In this document: in pieces, positions 1 to 8,790 of the stretch
How the letters are laid out: each line of letters opens with the position of its first letter
How positions within the stretch are numbered: position 1 is the first letter of the stretch
Assembly: GCA_039807095.1 (NCBI GenBank)
Contig: JBDHQM010000002.1
Location: 97,261 to 161,260, forward strand
DNA from: Kiritimatiellia bacterium
GTDB lineage: Bacteria > Verrucomicrobiota > Kiritimatiellia > CAIVKH01
Reading direction: 5' to 3'
Length of the DNA: 64,000 nt
The notes under the pieces: generated by a model
Told to the model about the DNA's origin: nothing
Databases searched by the model: none
What the model saw: the letters and a program-made list of their open reading frames with translations, nothing else
Made by a program: the position numbers and the translations under genes

Positions 1-534
1 AGTCTTGCCATCTACGAAGCAGGCGCAACGCCCACCCTCAATCTTCCACCCGCCGACCGCGACGCAGGCATCGCGCGGCTGGCGCCATACCGGAAAGAGA
101 ACACACCCATCTGGATCCTCCATCCCGGCAGCGGAAGCCTGAAAAAGAATTGGCCGCCCGGCAATTTCATCGAACTTGCGCGCCGAATGAAGAGCGAGCG
201 AGGTATTGCGCCACTCTTCCTCTTTGGTGAAGCCGATGACATTGCGCGAGAAAGTATCACCCGCAACGCGCCCGACATTCCCTACATCGAAAACCTCAGC
301 GTTCGAGAAGCCGCGCAGCTCCTGGCCGCCGCAGATGGGTATATCGGAAACGACTCCGGCATCTCCCACCTCGCAGCCGCAGTCGGCGCCAGAACCATCG
401 CCCTCTTCGGTCCCTCCAACCCTGCACTCTGGAGCCCACGCGGCCCCTCCGTCACCATCATCCAATCCCCCGCCCCCCAACTCGACACCCTCCCCGTCAC
501 CACCGTCCTCAACGCTATCCCTCACACCGGCTAG
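1..534 (+). CDS. ADP-heptose:LPS heptosyltransferase (glycosyltransferase family 9), 5'-truncated by window start
   Basis: Open frame from nt 1 joins the 187..534 ORF. The C-terminal GT9 signature region is present (YIGNDSGISHLAAAVG..FGPSNP). Confidence 0.7.
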   Translation, partial: SLAIYEAGATPTLNLPPADRDAGIARLAPYRKENTPIWILHPGSGSLKKNWPPGNFIELARRMKSERGIAPLFLFGEADDIARESITRNAPDIPYIENLSVREAAQLLAAADGYIGNDSGISHLAAAVGARTIALFGPSNPALWSPRGPSVTIIQSPAPQLDTLPVTTVLNAIPHTG

Positions 535-920
535 ACCCGGACACCCACGCAGAAAACGACTCGCATTAGCGTTATTCCGGGCCCTCCACAACACGTCGCC
601 GAGCTGCGAACTGTACGCCGTCTTCGTTGGGGACGGCCTTCAACCCGCACCATACGAAGGGCACGCTCCCCCTCGAAAAAGGTCTACAGTCCACGGTCTA
701 CGGTCTTCTATGAGAAAGCTGTCTCTGTCAAGGTCGAGCGCCGTGGCGGAGTCCTATATTTGAAGCGGGTTTTGAGCATCGTTTTGCTTCTATTCGCACT
801 CGTAATGGATGGCTTATCGCACCCGGTGCATTGTTGGGTCCATCGTCGAAGGGGCTGCTACCTACAGGACGCACTCTAAACGTGCTAGACCGTTACCGCA
901 GTCACCCGGACGGAACATGC

Positions 921-1008
921 TCAAAACTTCACTTCACTTATAGACCTCTACCTCCAACACTCAATGTTTCCTTCTTTGTTGAACCAAACAGTTCCTTTTC
1001 CTTTGTTT
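921..1008. repeat. 88-bp direct repeat (target-site duplication copy 1 of the IS1634-family insertion)
   Basis: Identical to 2670..2757 and directly abuts the left terminal inverted repeat. Confidence 0.85.
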
Positions 1009-2669
1009 CCTGAGTTCAACAATGGGACACCCGCGGACGATTTGAGCCCCAGATCAAATCGTAAAGGGCCTGTTGTTCAGGGTCCATCTGCAGGAGAACG
1101 CTTTGTTTTTCAGGGCTATTGGGATACGTAAAGGTCATTTCATACATGGTCTGCGTAAGCTCAGCCGCGCGCTTTGGCGTAATCTCGATCTTGCCGATTT
1201 CAAGGCGGCGCTGGAGTTCTTTGTAAAGGGTGTACGCCACGAACGCGATCAGCACGTGTGCTTCGATGCGATGGCGTCGGCGGTGATATATCGGACGGAT
1301 GCGCAGATCGGTTTTCGATATGCGAAAAGCTCTTTCGATTTGCCAGAGTTGCCCGTAGTTGTGGATGACTTGATCCGCTGATAATCCCGTGTTGGTAAGA
1401 TAGCCCTTGAGACCATCCCACACTGCGTCCTGAAGAACTTTGGTTTCATCGATTTCCATCAGGACCTCTCCATTGAGTTTTAGATATTTGTTGTAGCCCC
1501 GGTGATTGAGTTGCTCCTTGGTCATACGCCCCGTGGCGATCTGTTTGCGCAATCTCGCGATCCCTCGTTCGCGGTTGTAGCGATCCTTCCTCGCGCGGAC
1601 GTCTGAATAGGCAATGATCAGGCGACGTCCCTGCCCATGTTCCAGCACGACAGACTGGCCAGATCGTAAACTCTGTGCTTGCTGCAAGATGGCTTTGCTC
1701 ATGGCTTCTGTTTCGTTTCGAATGCGTGCGGCCACGATGAAGGGGTATCCCTCCTCCTCAAGGGCCCCAAGGTTTTCTTTACTCAACATAGCCGAGTCGG
1801 CAACGACGACCGGTTTGCCAAGCTTGTATCGCTTTTGGATTCCTCGGAGGACCGGCAACAAGGTCTTTCCCTCGAAGCGGTTACCCTCAAAAATATCGTA
1901 GGCGATCGGATATCCGTTTTCGCCAACAAGGAGGCCCAACATAATTTGTGGATGCTGAAATTTGCCGTCTTTGGAAAAGCCGACCTTTCGGAGATCGTCT
2001 TCGTCTTCCGCCTCAAAATAAAGGCTGGTCATGTCGTAGAACACGGCCGCGATCTGCTTGATGATTTTGCGGGTATGCTGGTATGCGATTTGTTTGGCGC
2101 GGTCGGCATAATGCTCATTGAGCCGGTCAAGGAAGCGGTAAATTTCCTGCACACTTAGTGTTTTGCCGCGGTATCGGTAGAGGTAATCAAGCGTCTTGAG
2201 CTTGCTTGTGGGATAGACCAACCGTGTAACGACGATGTCGCGGAATAGCGTTTCGGGAATGACGTTGAAGCCAACTTCGTCGAAGAGTCGCCCGAAAATA
2301 AGCTCCGGTCCAATCGTGCGAATAGAAGTATTCTTCAGCCCCCGCACAAAGTGATCAATAAGCGATCGTTCACGAGCGTTTTCGAAGGAAAGAAGATACT
2401 GTCCCCGCTCTTCTTCAATGAATCGTTTTCCGAGTTCAATCAGGCGCCGAAGCTCTGTGGGGTCGCGGCTCGATCCAATCGTTTTGATGATGCGATACCC
2501 CTTTGATTTATCGACCACCTGCACGCTGATGCTGCCGGATTTATTCTGCTTCTTTCGAACAAACACACCCCATTTTAGGCGCGGGACACCCAAAACGGCA
2601 ATTCTCAGAAATTGAAGCCTTGTAAATCAACGAGTTACAACAACGACTCCGGCGAATGTTGAACTCAGG
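1009..2669 (-). mobile_element. IS1634-family (IS4-related) insertion sequence, 1661 bp
   Basis: 12-bp perfect terminal inverted repeats CCTGAGTTCAAC at 1009..1020 and 2658..2669. A single 525-aa DDE transposase fills the element. Flanked by 88-bp direct repeats. GC content is visibly lower than the surroundings. Confidence 0.85.
1016..2593 (-). CDS. IS1634-family DDE transposase
   Basis: 525-aa ORF. Its length and sequence character match IS1634/ISMac-type transposases. Confidence 0.8.
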   Translation of the reverse strand: MGVPRLKWGVFVRKKQNKSGSISVQVVDKSKGYRIIKTIGSSRDPTELRRLIELGKRFIEEERGQYLLSFENARERSLIDHFVRGLKNTSIRTIGPELIFGRLFDEVGFNVIPETLFRDIVVTRLVYPTSKLKTLDYLYRYRGKTLSVQEIYRFLDRLNEHYADRAKQIAYQHTRKIIKQIAAVFYDMTSLYFEAEDEDDLRKVGFSKDGKFQHPQIMLGLLVGENGYPIAYDIFEGNRFEGKTLLPVLRGIQKRYKLGKPVVVADSAMLSKENLGALEEEGYPFIVAARIRNETEAMSKAILQQAQSLRSGQSVVLEHGQGRRLIIAYSDVRARKDRYNRERGIARLRKQIATGRMTKEQLNHRGYNKYLKLNGEVLMEIDETKVLQDAVWDGLKGYLTNTGLSADQVIHNYGQLWQIERAFRISKTDLRIRPIYHRRRHRIEAHVLIAFVAYTLYKELQRRLEIGKIEITPKRAAELTQTMYEMTFTYPNSPEKQSVLLQMDPEQQALYDLIWGSNRPRVSHC

Positions 2670-2757
2670 TCAAAACTTCACTTCACTTATAGACCTCTAC
2701 CTCCAACACTCAATGTTTCCTTCTTTGTTGAACCAAACAGTTCCTTTTCCTTTGTTT
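2670..2757. repeat. 88-bp direct repeat (target-site duplication copy 2)
   Basis: Identical to 921..1008 and directly abuts the right terminal inverted repeat. Confidence 0.85.
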
Positions 2758-2769
2758 TTTTCCTTCTTT

Positions 2770-3810
2770 TTAGGCCGCCGCCATTTCCCGGCGATTCGGC
2801 TCATATTCTTCGCCACTCTTCCACAACGCATGCAATAGCACCGCCAGTTTCCTGGCCACAGCCACCACAGCACGCTTCTTCGCCCGCTTCCCACCCCGTT
2901 TCTGGATCGCCATTCCATAGCGGCGCAGATCACACTCCGGACCAAAGGGCCCCAAAATATACTGAGCACTTCCCACCAGCAGTTTCCTCAAATACGCGTT
3001 GCCCGCTTTGCTTATCCCTAGTTGTTTTATCGTCTTGCCCGATTCATCAAGCCGTGGAGTAAGCCCTAAATACGGACCCACCATCCGACTCTTTTCAAAG
3101 CGGTCCGCTTCCTCCAGCGTCAAAACAAACGCAAGCGAGGTGACCGGGCCAACGCCAACAACCTGCTGGAGGGTTTCAGTCTCCGCATAATCAAGGCAGA
3201 GTCGTCCAATAAGTTGATCATAAGCACGTATTTGCTCCGTCATCATCGCTATCAGTTCCATTGTAGGTTCCAAAGCAGGAACGAGCGCCTCAGGAAGCTC
3301 GGCTTTTCGTGCAAAGGCATCAGAACGAATGCTCGATGGAATGCGTTCGCCGAAGCTCTTAACCATGCCGCGAACATGCTGGATTAGTCGGGCACGCGTC
3401 CGAACCACCATGTCACGCGCACGAACAACGGCTAAATCCTGCTGTGCCCCGGCACTGCGATGCTCAATGGGACTTAGCAGTTTGGAATCGAAGCGACCCA
3501 TACGGGCCAACAACTCCGCATCACGAACGTCCGTTTTGTACGCATTCGCCCAGATGGCTCGAAGCTTCCTGGCGTTCCCGACTAGCGTCTCCAAACCTGC
3601 GGCCTTCGCTTCTTCACTCACCCAACGCGAGTGCGTGCCACTCTCGATCACCAGGTTGGCCCCGGAATACTGACCGAAAAACTTCGCCACCGCTTTGCGT
3701 GTGCAGGGAACCGTACATTCCCGAGCAATTTCACCGCTCGCATCCAAAATGCAGACTACGTGCTTTTTATCTCCAAGATCCATACCGATTGTGATAGTTG
3801 TTTCGTTCAT
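2770..3810 (-). CDS. IS110-family transposase
   Basis: 346-aa ORF with an N-terminal DEDD-type catalytic region (ITIGMDLGDKKH...) and the C-terminal IS110/IS1111 transposase-20 region. Confidence 0.85.
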   Translation of the reverse strand: MNETTITIGMDLGDKKHVVCILDASGEIARECTVPCTRKAVAKFFGQYSGANLVIESGTHSRWVSEEAKAAGLETLVGNARKLRAIWANAYKTDVRDAELLARMGRFDSKLLSPIEHRSAGAQQDLAVVRARDMVVRTRARLIQHVRGMVKSFGERIPSSIRSDAFARKAELPEALVPALEPTMELIAMMTEQIRAYDQLIGRLCLDYAETETLQQVVGVGPVTSLAFVLTLEEADRFEKSRMVGPYLGLTPRLDESGKTIKQLGISKAGNAYLRKLLVGSAQYILGPFGPECDLRRYGMAIQKRGGKRAKKRAVVAVARKLAVLLHALWKSGEEYEPNRREMAAA

Positions 3811-3911
3811 TGCTGGTCTCCTTTTTGTTTGCAGCTATTGACTGACTGCGTCGCATGTTATCAAACATGTTCAACAAAACAGGAGATCAGCTTTCTCATC
3901 CAACCTACAGT

Positions 3912-5141
3912 CTACGGTTTCAGAACAAATGATCGAATTCCGGAATCATCGAGCACAAAGTCGTCGCGACTTTCGCTCGTCTCAAAAACCGGGACGATAA
4001 AATCAAGGTCCACGTCAATACCCGGCTGTTTCGCTTTCACAGACACCTTCCACTCAATGCTTCCGCCGCTCGACGGAAGGTCGCGCGGAATACCAAACAA
4101 CACTGGAATCTCAACCCCATTGCCGCGCGCAGGCAATTTTTCCGGGTCCAGGTTTCGCTCGTCGCTCCACACCCGTTCCGTCGTGCTATGCTTGCCCCGT
4201 CGCACGCTCCTGCTGCACACGATCGCGGTGTAATACGACTCATCCGGTTCGGCATAATCCGGAAGCGAAATAACACCCGCCAGTTTTCCGCCCAATACGC
4301 CCGGCACCGATGCCATGTGCAGCACCGCGGCGCCATAGCGACGCGCAACACGCAGCTCGCGTATGCCCCAAATCAGCAAGCCGATGCCGACCAGCGGAAA
4401 AATTGACAGCACAACCACTGCGCCGGTTTCGAGATTTGCGCGATTGATGAAGCCCATCGCAACCGCCAGCGACGAAATCGCGCACCAAATGCCCGCGAAT
4501 GACAGCAACCCCACCGCGCGTGTCGTTGCGGTTGATTTAATCACCCCCGCATTCCAATCCTCGCGCCAACGCCACGGCTCGTCCGGATATTGTTTCTGTA
4601 TTTTCCGCTGCGAACCCGACCGCACCATCGCAGTGATCCCGCCCAGCAGCATCGCGCTGCCGACCAACACAAAGATTCCGCCGACTATCGCCGGAAATAT
4701 CGCCTGACCGCGCGGTAAATCCGGAAACAGCACAGCCTCGCCGGGATCATCCGGATTCACAAACGCCTTGTACGCACCGTCGCTCTTCAATACGCGAGAG
4801 AGCTCGTCATACCGCCTCCGTACCCACTCGTTCCCAATATCAGCGCCGCGCCCAAGTCCAACGCGATTGCCTTCGTAAACGCGGCCGTTCACCTCATATT
4901 CGTATTTTGCCGTCAGGCGATACGAAACACCATCGTCGCCGTTCTCAATCTCCTCGATATTCGCTTCCAGAATGCGCGCGAATACCGGGTTCCATTTCTC
5001 CACCCGATGCATTTCGGCGACGCCGAGAATCGCGCTCCGCACGGCAAATGCGCCGAGCCCGATAAAGGGAAGCGAAAAGAGCGAGATGAAAAGCCCCATC
5101 CAGAATCCGTGGAATGCGTGCCGAATCCGAACACCTGCCAT
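3912..5141 (-). CDS. membrane protein with two tandem DUF3592-like modules
   Basis: Two TM-anchored repeats, each followed by a beta-rich domain, in the pattern typical of DUF3592. Confidence 0.5.
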   Translation of the reverse strand: MAGVRIRHAFHGFWMGLFISLFSLPFIGLGAFAVRSAILGVAEMHRVEKWNPVFARILEANIEEIENGDDGVSYRLTAKYEYEVNGRVYEGNRVGLGRGADIGNEWVRRRYDELSRVLKSDGAYKAFVNPDDPGEAVLFPDLPRGQAIFPAIVGGIFVLVGSAMLLGGITAMVRSGSQRKIQKQYPDEPWRWREDWNAGVIKSTATTRAVGLLSFAGIWCAISSLAVAMGFINRANLETGAVVVLSIFPLVGIGLLIWGIRELRVARRYGAAVLHMASVPGVLGGKLAGVISLPDYAEPDESYYTAIVCSRSVRRGKHSTTERVWSDERNLDPEKLPARGNGVEIPVLFGIPRDLPSSGGSIEWKVSVKAKQPGIDVDLDFIVPVFETSESRDDFVLDDSGIRSFVLKP

Positions 5142-5175
5142 GACGAGTAACTCCTCCTAATGCCGCCCACCGTCT

Positions 5176-6201
5176 CTAAACGGCAGAAAGAAATGCCTCC
5201 ATCTGTTCATCCGTCCCGATTGTGATCCGGAGATAATCGGAAATCCGCGGGGCGGCAAAATAGCGCACGAGAATCTTCTTTTCGCGCAAATGCGCGAACA
5301 GCTCTTTCGCGCTGATCCCGTGTGGTTTCGCAAAAAGAAAATTCGTTGCCGAGGGCAACACAGACCACCCGCGCGCCATCAACGCTGCTGCAACGCGATT
5401 GCGCGTCGCCACAATCTTTTCCGCATTCGCCCGCATCCATGCCTGATCGCGAATCGCCGCCAGACCGATCACCTGCGTCAACGCATCGAGATTGTAGGAA
5501 TCTTTGATTTTATACATCGCTTCAATCAGTGGCGCAGCACCAACTGCATAACCCAGTCTGATCCCGGCAAGCGAATAGGACTTCGAGAGCGTGCGCGACA
5601 CCAGCACATTCGGGTAGCGCAGTGCGAACTCCATTCCGTTTTCCGGGGCAAAATCAGCGTATGCCTCATCCAGCAGTACCACACCGCGATAACTCGCACA
5701 GAAGGCTTCCAGCTTCTCGCGCGGATACAGCATTCCAGTCGGCGCATTCGGCGTGGTCAAAAAGAAAAGCGGCGCGCAATCGGGCGCGGGAGTCGTCCAC
5801 TCAAAGCGGTCCGTCAGCGGAACGTGCACCGTCGGGACATCGGCAATCGCCGCCAGCACGGGATAGAGCGAATACGAAGGGTCGAAGCAGGCGATCCGCC
5901 CGCCCGGCGCGACAAAGGCGCGCGTGCAAAGCGCAAGCGTTTCATCAGAGCCATTTCCGGCAAATACATTCTCGATCTTACACCCGTGCAGCTCCGCAAT
6001 CGCCTCACGCAATTCCGTCGCGACCGGATCGGGATAAAGCCGCAGCCGCTCGGCCGAGAACGCCCTGAGCGCTTCTTCCACGCGCGGCGAAGGCGGGTAT
6101 GGATTCTCATTGGTGTTAAGCTTGATGAGCCCGGGCACGCGCGGCTGCTCGCCGGGTGTATAGGGCGTCATCGCAGCAACAGAGGGTCGAATTAATGGCA
6201 T
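5176..6201 (-). CDS. hisC: histidinol-phosphate aminotransferase
   Basis: Class II aminotransferase with the PLP lysine motif (SKSYSLAGIRLGY) and the N-terminal LNTNENPYPP motif. Start is taken at MPLIRP. Confidence 0.9.
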   Translation of the reverse strand: MPLIRPSVAAMTPYTPGEQPRVPGLIKLNTNENPYPPSPRVEEALRAFSAERLRLYPDPVATELREAIAELHGCKIENVFAGNGSDETLALCTRAFVAPGGRIACFDPSYSLYPVLAAIADVPTVHVPLTDRFEWTTPAPDCAPLFFLTTPNAPTGMLYPREKLEAFCASYRGVVLLDEAYADFAPENGMEFALRYPNVLVSRTLSKSYSLAGIRLGYAVGAAPLIEAMYKIKDSYNLDALTQVIGLAAIRDQAWMRANAEKIVATRNRVAAALMARGWSVLPSATNFLFAKPHGISAKELFAHLREKKILVRYFAAPRISDYLRITIGTDEQMEAFLSAV

Positions 6202-6284
6202 ATTCAAATCATCCTTCGCACGAGCTGGCACAGTGCGCAGCCACAAAACTGGTAGAGTGCGAGACGTTCATTGTCAAACTCTCC

Positions 6285-7406
6285 TCATGCACGGCTCTGA
6301 ACCACGCGTTCGAACACGCGCCACAACGCCGCCGCGCTTGCATCCCACGTGAACAGGCGAGCGCGCTCGCGCCCTGCCTTCACTAAGCGCGCGCGATCGT
6401 CAGCCGACATCACAACCGCCTTACTCAGCGCAGCGGCAAAAATTGCTTCATCCCGCCCATCTGCATAGCAGGCGGCATCGCCTGCCACCTCGGGAATAGA
6501 CGCTTCGCGCGTAGTAAATACCGGTGCTCCCGCCGTCATCGCTTCCAACACGGGCAGGCCGAATCCCTCGTAGAGCGACGGGAATACAAACCAATCCGCT
6601 CGCTGATACAGCGCGATCATTTCCTCCCGTGCAACATCCGCCAGGCGCACCACCCGCCCTGCGGGCGACTGCGCAAGCGCGGCTGCAACTTCCGGCTCAC
6701 CCAGCCGCGCTTTCCCCACCAGCACGAGGCGATGTGGAATCACCGATGCGATGCGATTGAAGGCGCGGATCAACATCGCGACATTTTTGTGCGGATAGGT
6801 ATGCGCCACGCAAAGCAAATAGGGGCCGTCTCCCGTCCGCAACGGCACACTCGATGGCACGCCAAACGCCGGGTCTGCTGCAAGCAGAGTTACTTCGATC
6901 TTGTCTGCGGGTGTGCCGAGGAAGCGAACGATCTCCGCCTTCGCAAATTCGGAAATTGTCACCACCGCCGCACTCACACGCGCGGCGAGCGGATAGAGGA
7001 TATCCATCGTCTGCGCCGCAAGCCACGTGACATCGTGTGGGAAGCGCTTGTACTGCATGTCGAGAGTGGACACGACCTGCGGACACGAACATCGCCATGG
7101 CGCCGTATAGCCCGGCGACCACAACACATCCACTCCGGCGCGCTTCACGAGTTTTGGCAGTGAAAACTGTTCAGCTGGAATCCGCGCAAACCGGTTTGTC
7201 GCCGCGACGCCTGTAGGCACCAGTTTTGCCGCCGGAAACGCGCGACTCAAAAATTCATGATTCTCGGCATTGGTAAAAAGGACAAGCTGCGGGGGCAGCT
7301 CGCGTCGGAGCAGTGCACGCAGCGTTTCGAGCAGATAGGTTTCAGAACCGCCGACCTCACCCGGCAGATAAAATAGCGTATTGACGCCCACTCGCATCGC
7401 GCTCAC
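6285..7406 (-). CDS. glycosyltransferase family 4 (GT-B)
   Basis: C-terminal EX7E-like region (EGFGLPVLEAMTAGAPV). Confidence 0.8.
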   Translation of the reverse strand: MSAMRVGVNTLFYLPGEVGGSETYLLETLRALLRRELPPQLVLFTNAENHEFLSRAFPAAKLVPTGVAATNRFARIPAEQFSLPKLVKRAGVDVLWSPGYTAPWRCSCPQVVSTLDMQYKRFPHDVTWLAAQTMDILYPLAARVSAAVVTISEFAKAEIVRFLGTPADKIEVTLLAADPAFGVPSSVPLRTGDGPYLLCVAHTYPHKNVAMLIRAFNRIASVIPHRLVLVGKARLGEPEVAAALAQSPAGRVVRLADVAREEMIALYQRADWFVFPSLYEGFGLPVLEAMTAGAPVFTTREASIPEVAGDAACYADGRDEAIFAAALSKAVVMSADDRARLVKAGRERARLFTWDASAAALWRVFERVVQSRA

Positions 7407-8005
7407 GGCTCCACGCGACGATGCTGCTTTTCCAGCTCCTCCACGCGCGCTTCAAGGTTGGCGCAACGCTGCGCCAGGCGTGCGCGGTCGTCGCTCAAGC
7501 GGGAAAGCGCGATAGAAAAGTGAAATGCGACGAGCAATAGAAACGTGAAGATCACCGCCACAACAAACGTCACGTACTGCATTCCGAAGAGCGCACAGAA
7601 AAAATCGAGCACATCCGTAAAGATTGCGCAAAGCAGCAAAATCAAGCCCGTGGACATCCACAATAGCGCATATCGCTCGCGCAGATGCGCGCGACGAACG
7701 GCCTCAAATGTCACCAGCAGGACAACAAAGCTCAACACGCCCATCAGCAATCGGATGCGTCCAAGAAATGTGATGCGGTTCAATTCCAGCAAAAGCCGCA
7801 AATCCCACGCCAGTGCGGCAAAGAACAGAGATAGCGCAATGAGAATTACGCTGCGGAATACGTGAATGCGATTCGCGCGCACCGCCAATACCATCGTCAC
7901 AAGCAGGAACACTGCGATGGCGACGAACAACACGCGCGCCCCCATCGGGCCCAGCGGGGCTACAATCGCGTCAACCCAACCCTGCATGGTTTTGACCGCG
8001 TTCAT
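7403..8005 (-). CDS. DUF2304 small membrane protein (partner of a polyprenol-phosphate glycosyltransferase)
   Basis: Four to five TM helices plus a C-terminal coiled coil. ATGA overlap with the upstream GT2 gene. Confidence 0.6.
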   Translation of the reverse strand: MNAVKTMQGWVDAIVAPLGPMGARVLFVAIAVFLLVTMVLAVRANRIHVFRSVILIALSLFFAALAWDLRLLLELNRITFLGRIRLLMGVLSFVVLLVTFEAVRRAHLRERYALLWMSTGLILLLCAIFTDVLDFFCALFGMQYVTFVVAVIFTFLLLVAFHFSIALSRLSDDRARLAQRCANLEARVEELEKQHRRVEP

Positions 8006-8733
8006 GTCCACTCCACCGTATAGCGGCGCGAAAGCCCCTTGTTCAATACGCGGACCCGGTCCACTACCAGCGCGAAGCCCACCTTCAGCGCGTAATAGAC
8101 TGTTCCCCAACCGTGAATACTCGACTGACCAGCCTGGCGTGCGCGGAACTGTACACCCGCCTCTGTGAACGTGTAGCCCAGTCGGCACAAAAGGGCGATT
8201 GCCTCAGGCTCCGGATAATCCACCGGATACTCGCGCGCAAAGTATTGCAGCAACGGTCGCTTCACTGCCCAGAAACCGGACGTGGGATCCGTCACACGTC
8301 TCCGGCAGATAATGGAAAGGAAAACCGCCAGCATCTTAATTCCGAAGAAACGGAACAGCGTCGTGTGTAAACCGGCGGACGAAAAACGGGAACCAATCAC
8401 GAGGTCCGCATCTGACTCACGCGCCGCCTTCAACAGCGTCGGGATTTCAGACGGCGGATGCTGCCCGTCTCCATCAATCCGGATTGCCAGTTGATAGCCA
8501 TTCGCCAGCGCATACTGGAAGCCCGCCTGCACCGCGCCGCCTACGCCCAGGTTGCACGGCAGGTCAAGAACTGTTGCGCCCGCCTCACGCGCCACCAGCG
8601 CTGTCCGGTCTGAGGCGCCATCACAGATCACAAGTGCAGGCACGCCCGGACACGCATCCGCGAGTTCCTTCACCAAGCCTCCAATCGAACCCTCCTCGTT
8701 GAAGGCCGGAATAATGACGACGACATCCTTCAT
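8002..8733 (-). CDS. GT2 polyprenol-phosphate sugar synthase (GtrB/ArnC/Ppm1-like)
   Basis: GT-A fold with DGxSxD and DxD motifs. About 240 aa, similar to dolichyl/undecaprenyl-phosphate hexose synthases. Confidence 0.75.
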   Translation of the reverse strand: MKDVVVIIPAFNEEGSIGGLVKELADACPGVPALVICDGASDRTALVAREAGATVLDLPCNLGVGGAVQAGFQYALANGYQLAIRIDGDGQHPPSEIPTLLKAARESDADLVIGSRFSSAGLHTTLFRFFGIKMLAVFLSIICRRRVTDPTSGFWAVKRPLLQYFAREYPVDYPEPEAIALLCRLGYTFTEAGVQFRARQAGQSSIHGWGTVYYALKVGFALVVDRVRVLNKGLSRRYTVEWT

Positions 8734-8790
8734 TTGGAATCCCGTCAGTATGAGCAGAAAGCCTCCCGCGTGTCCACGCCGCGCACGGCC

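Larger units (their letters stand above)
684..3918 (-). mobile_element. IS110-family insertion sequence (approximate boundaries), interrupted near its 3' end by the IS1634-family element
   Basis: DEDD-type IS110 transposase at 2770..3810. A shared 14-bp motif CTACAGTC(C/T)ACGGT occurs at 684..697 and 3905..3918. The span minus the 1749-bp insert is about 1.5 kb, which is typical for IS110. Confidence 0.4.

Noticed and set aside
206-763. 185-aa Pro/Ser-rich ORF overlapping the heptosyltransferase frame
   Set aside because: Alternative frame of a high-GC coding region. Low-complexity translation with no start or RBS context.
831-1013. 60-aa ORF covering the 88-bp direct repeat (also 2656..2838)
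   Set aside because: Appears twice only because the duplication is repeated. No RBS. Lies in insertion-sequence flanking DNA.
5290-6195. 301-aa Arg-rich ORF antisense to hisC
   Set aside because: Typical spurious antisense ORF in GC-rich DNA. Fully contained within a well-supported gene.
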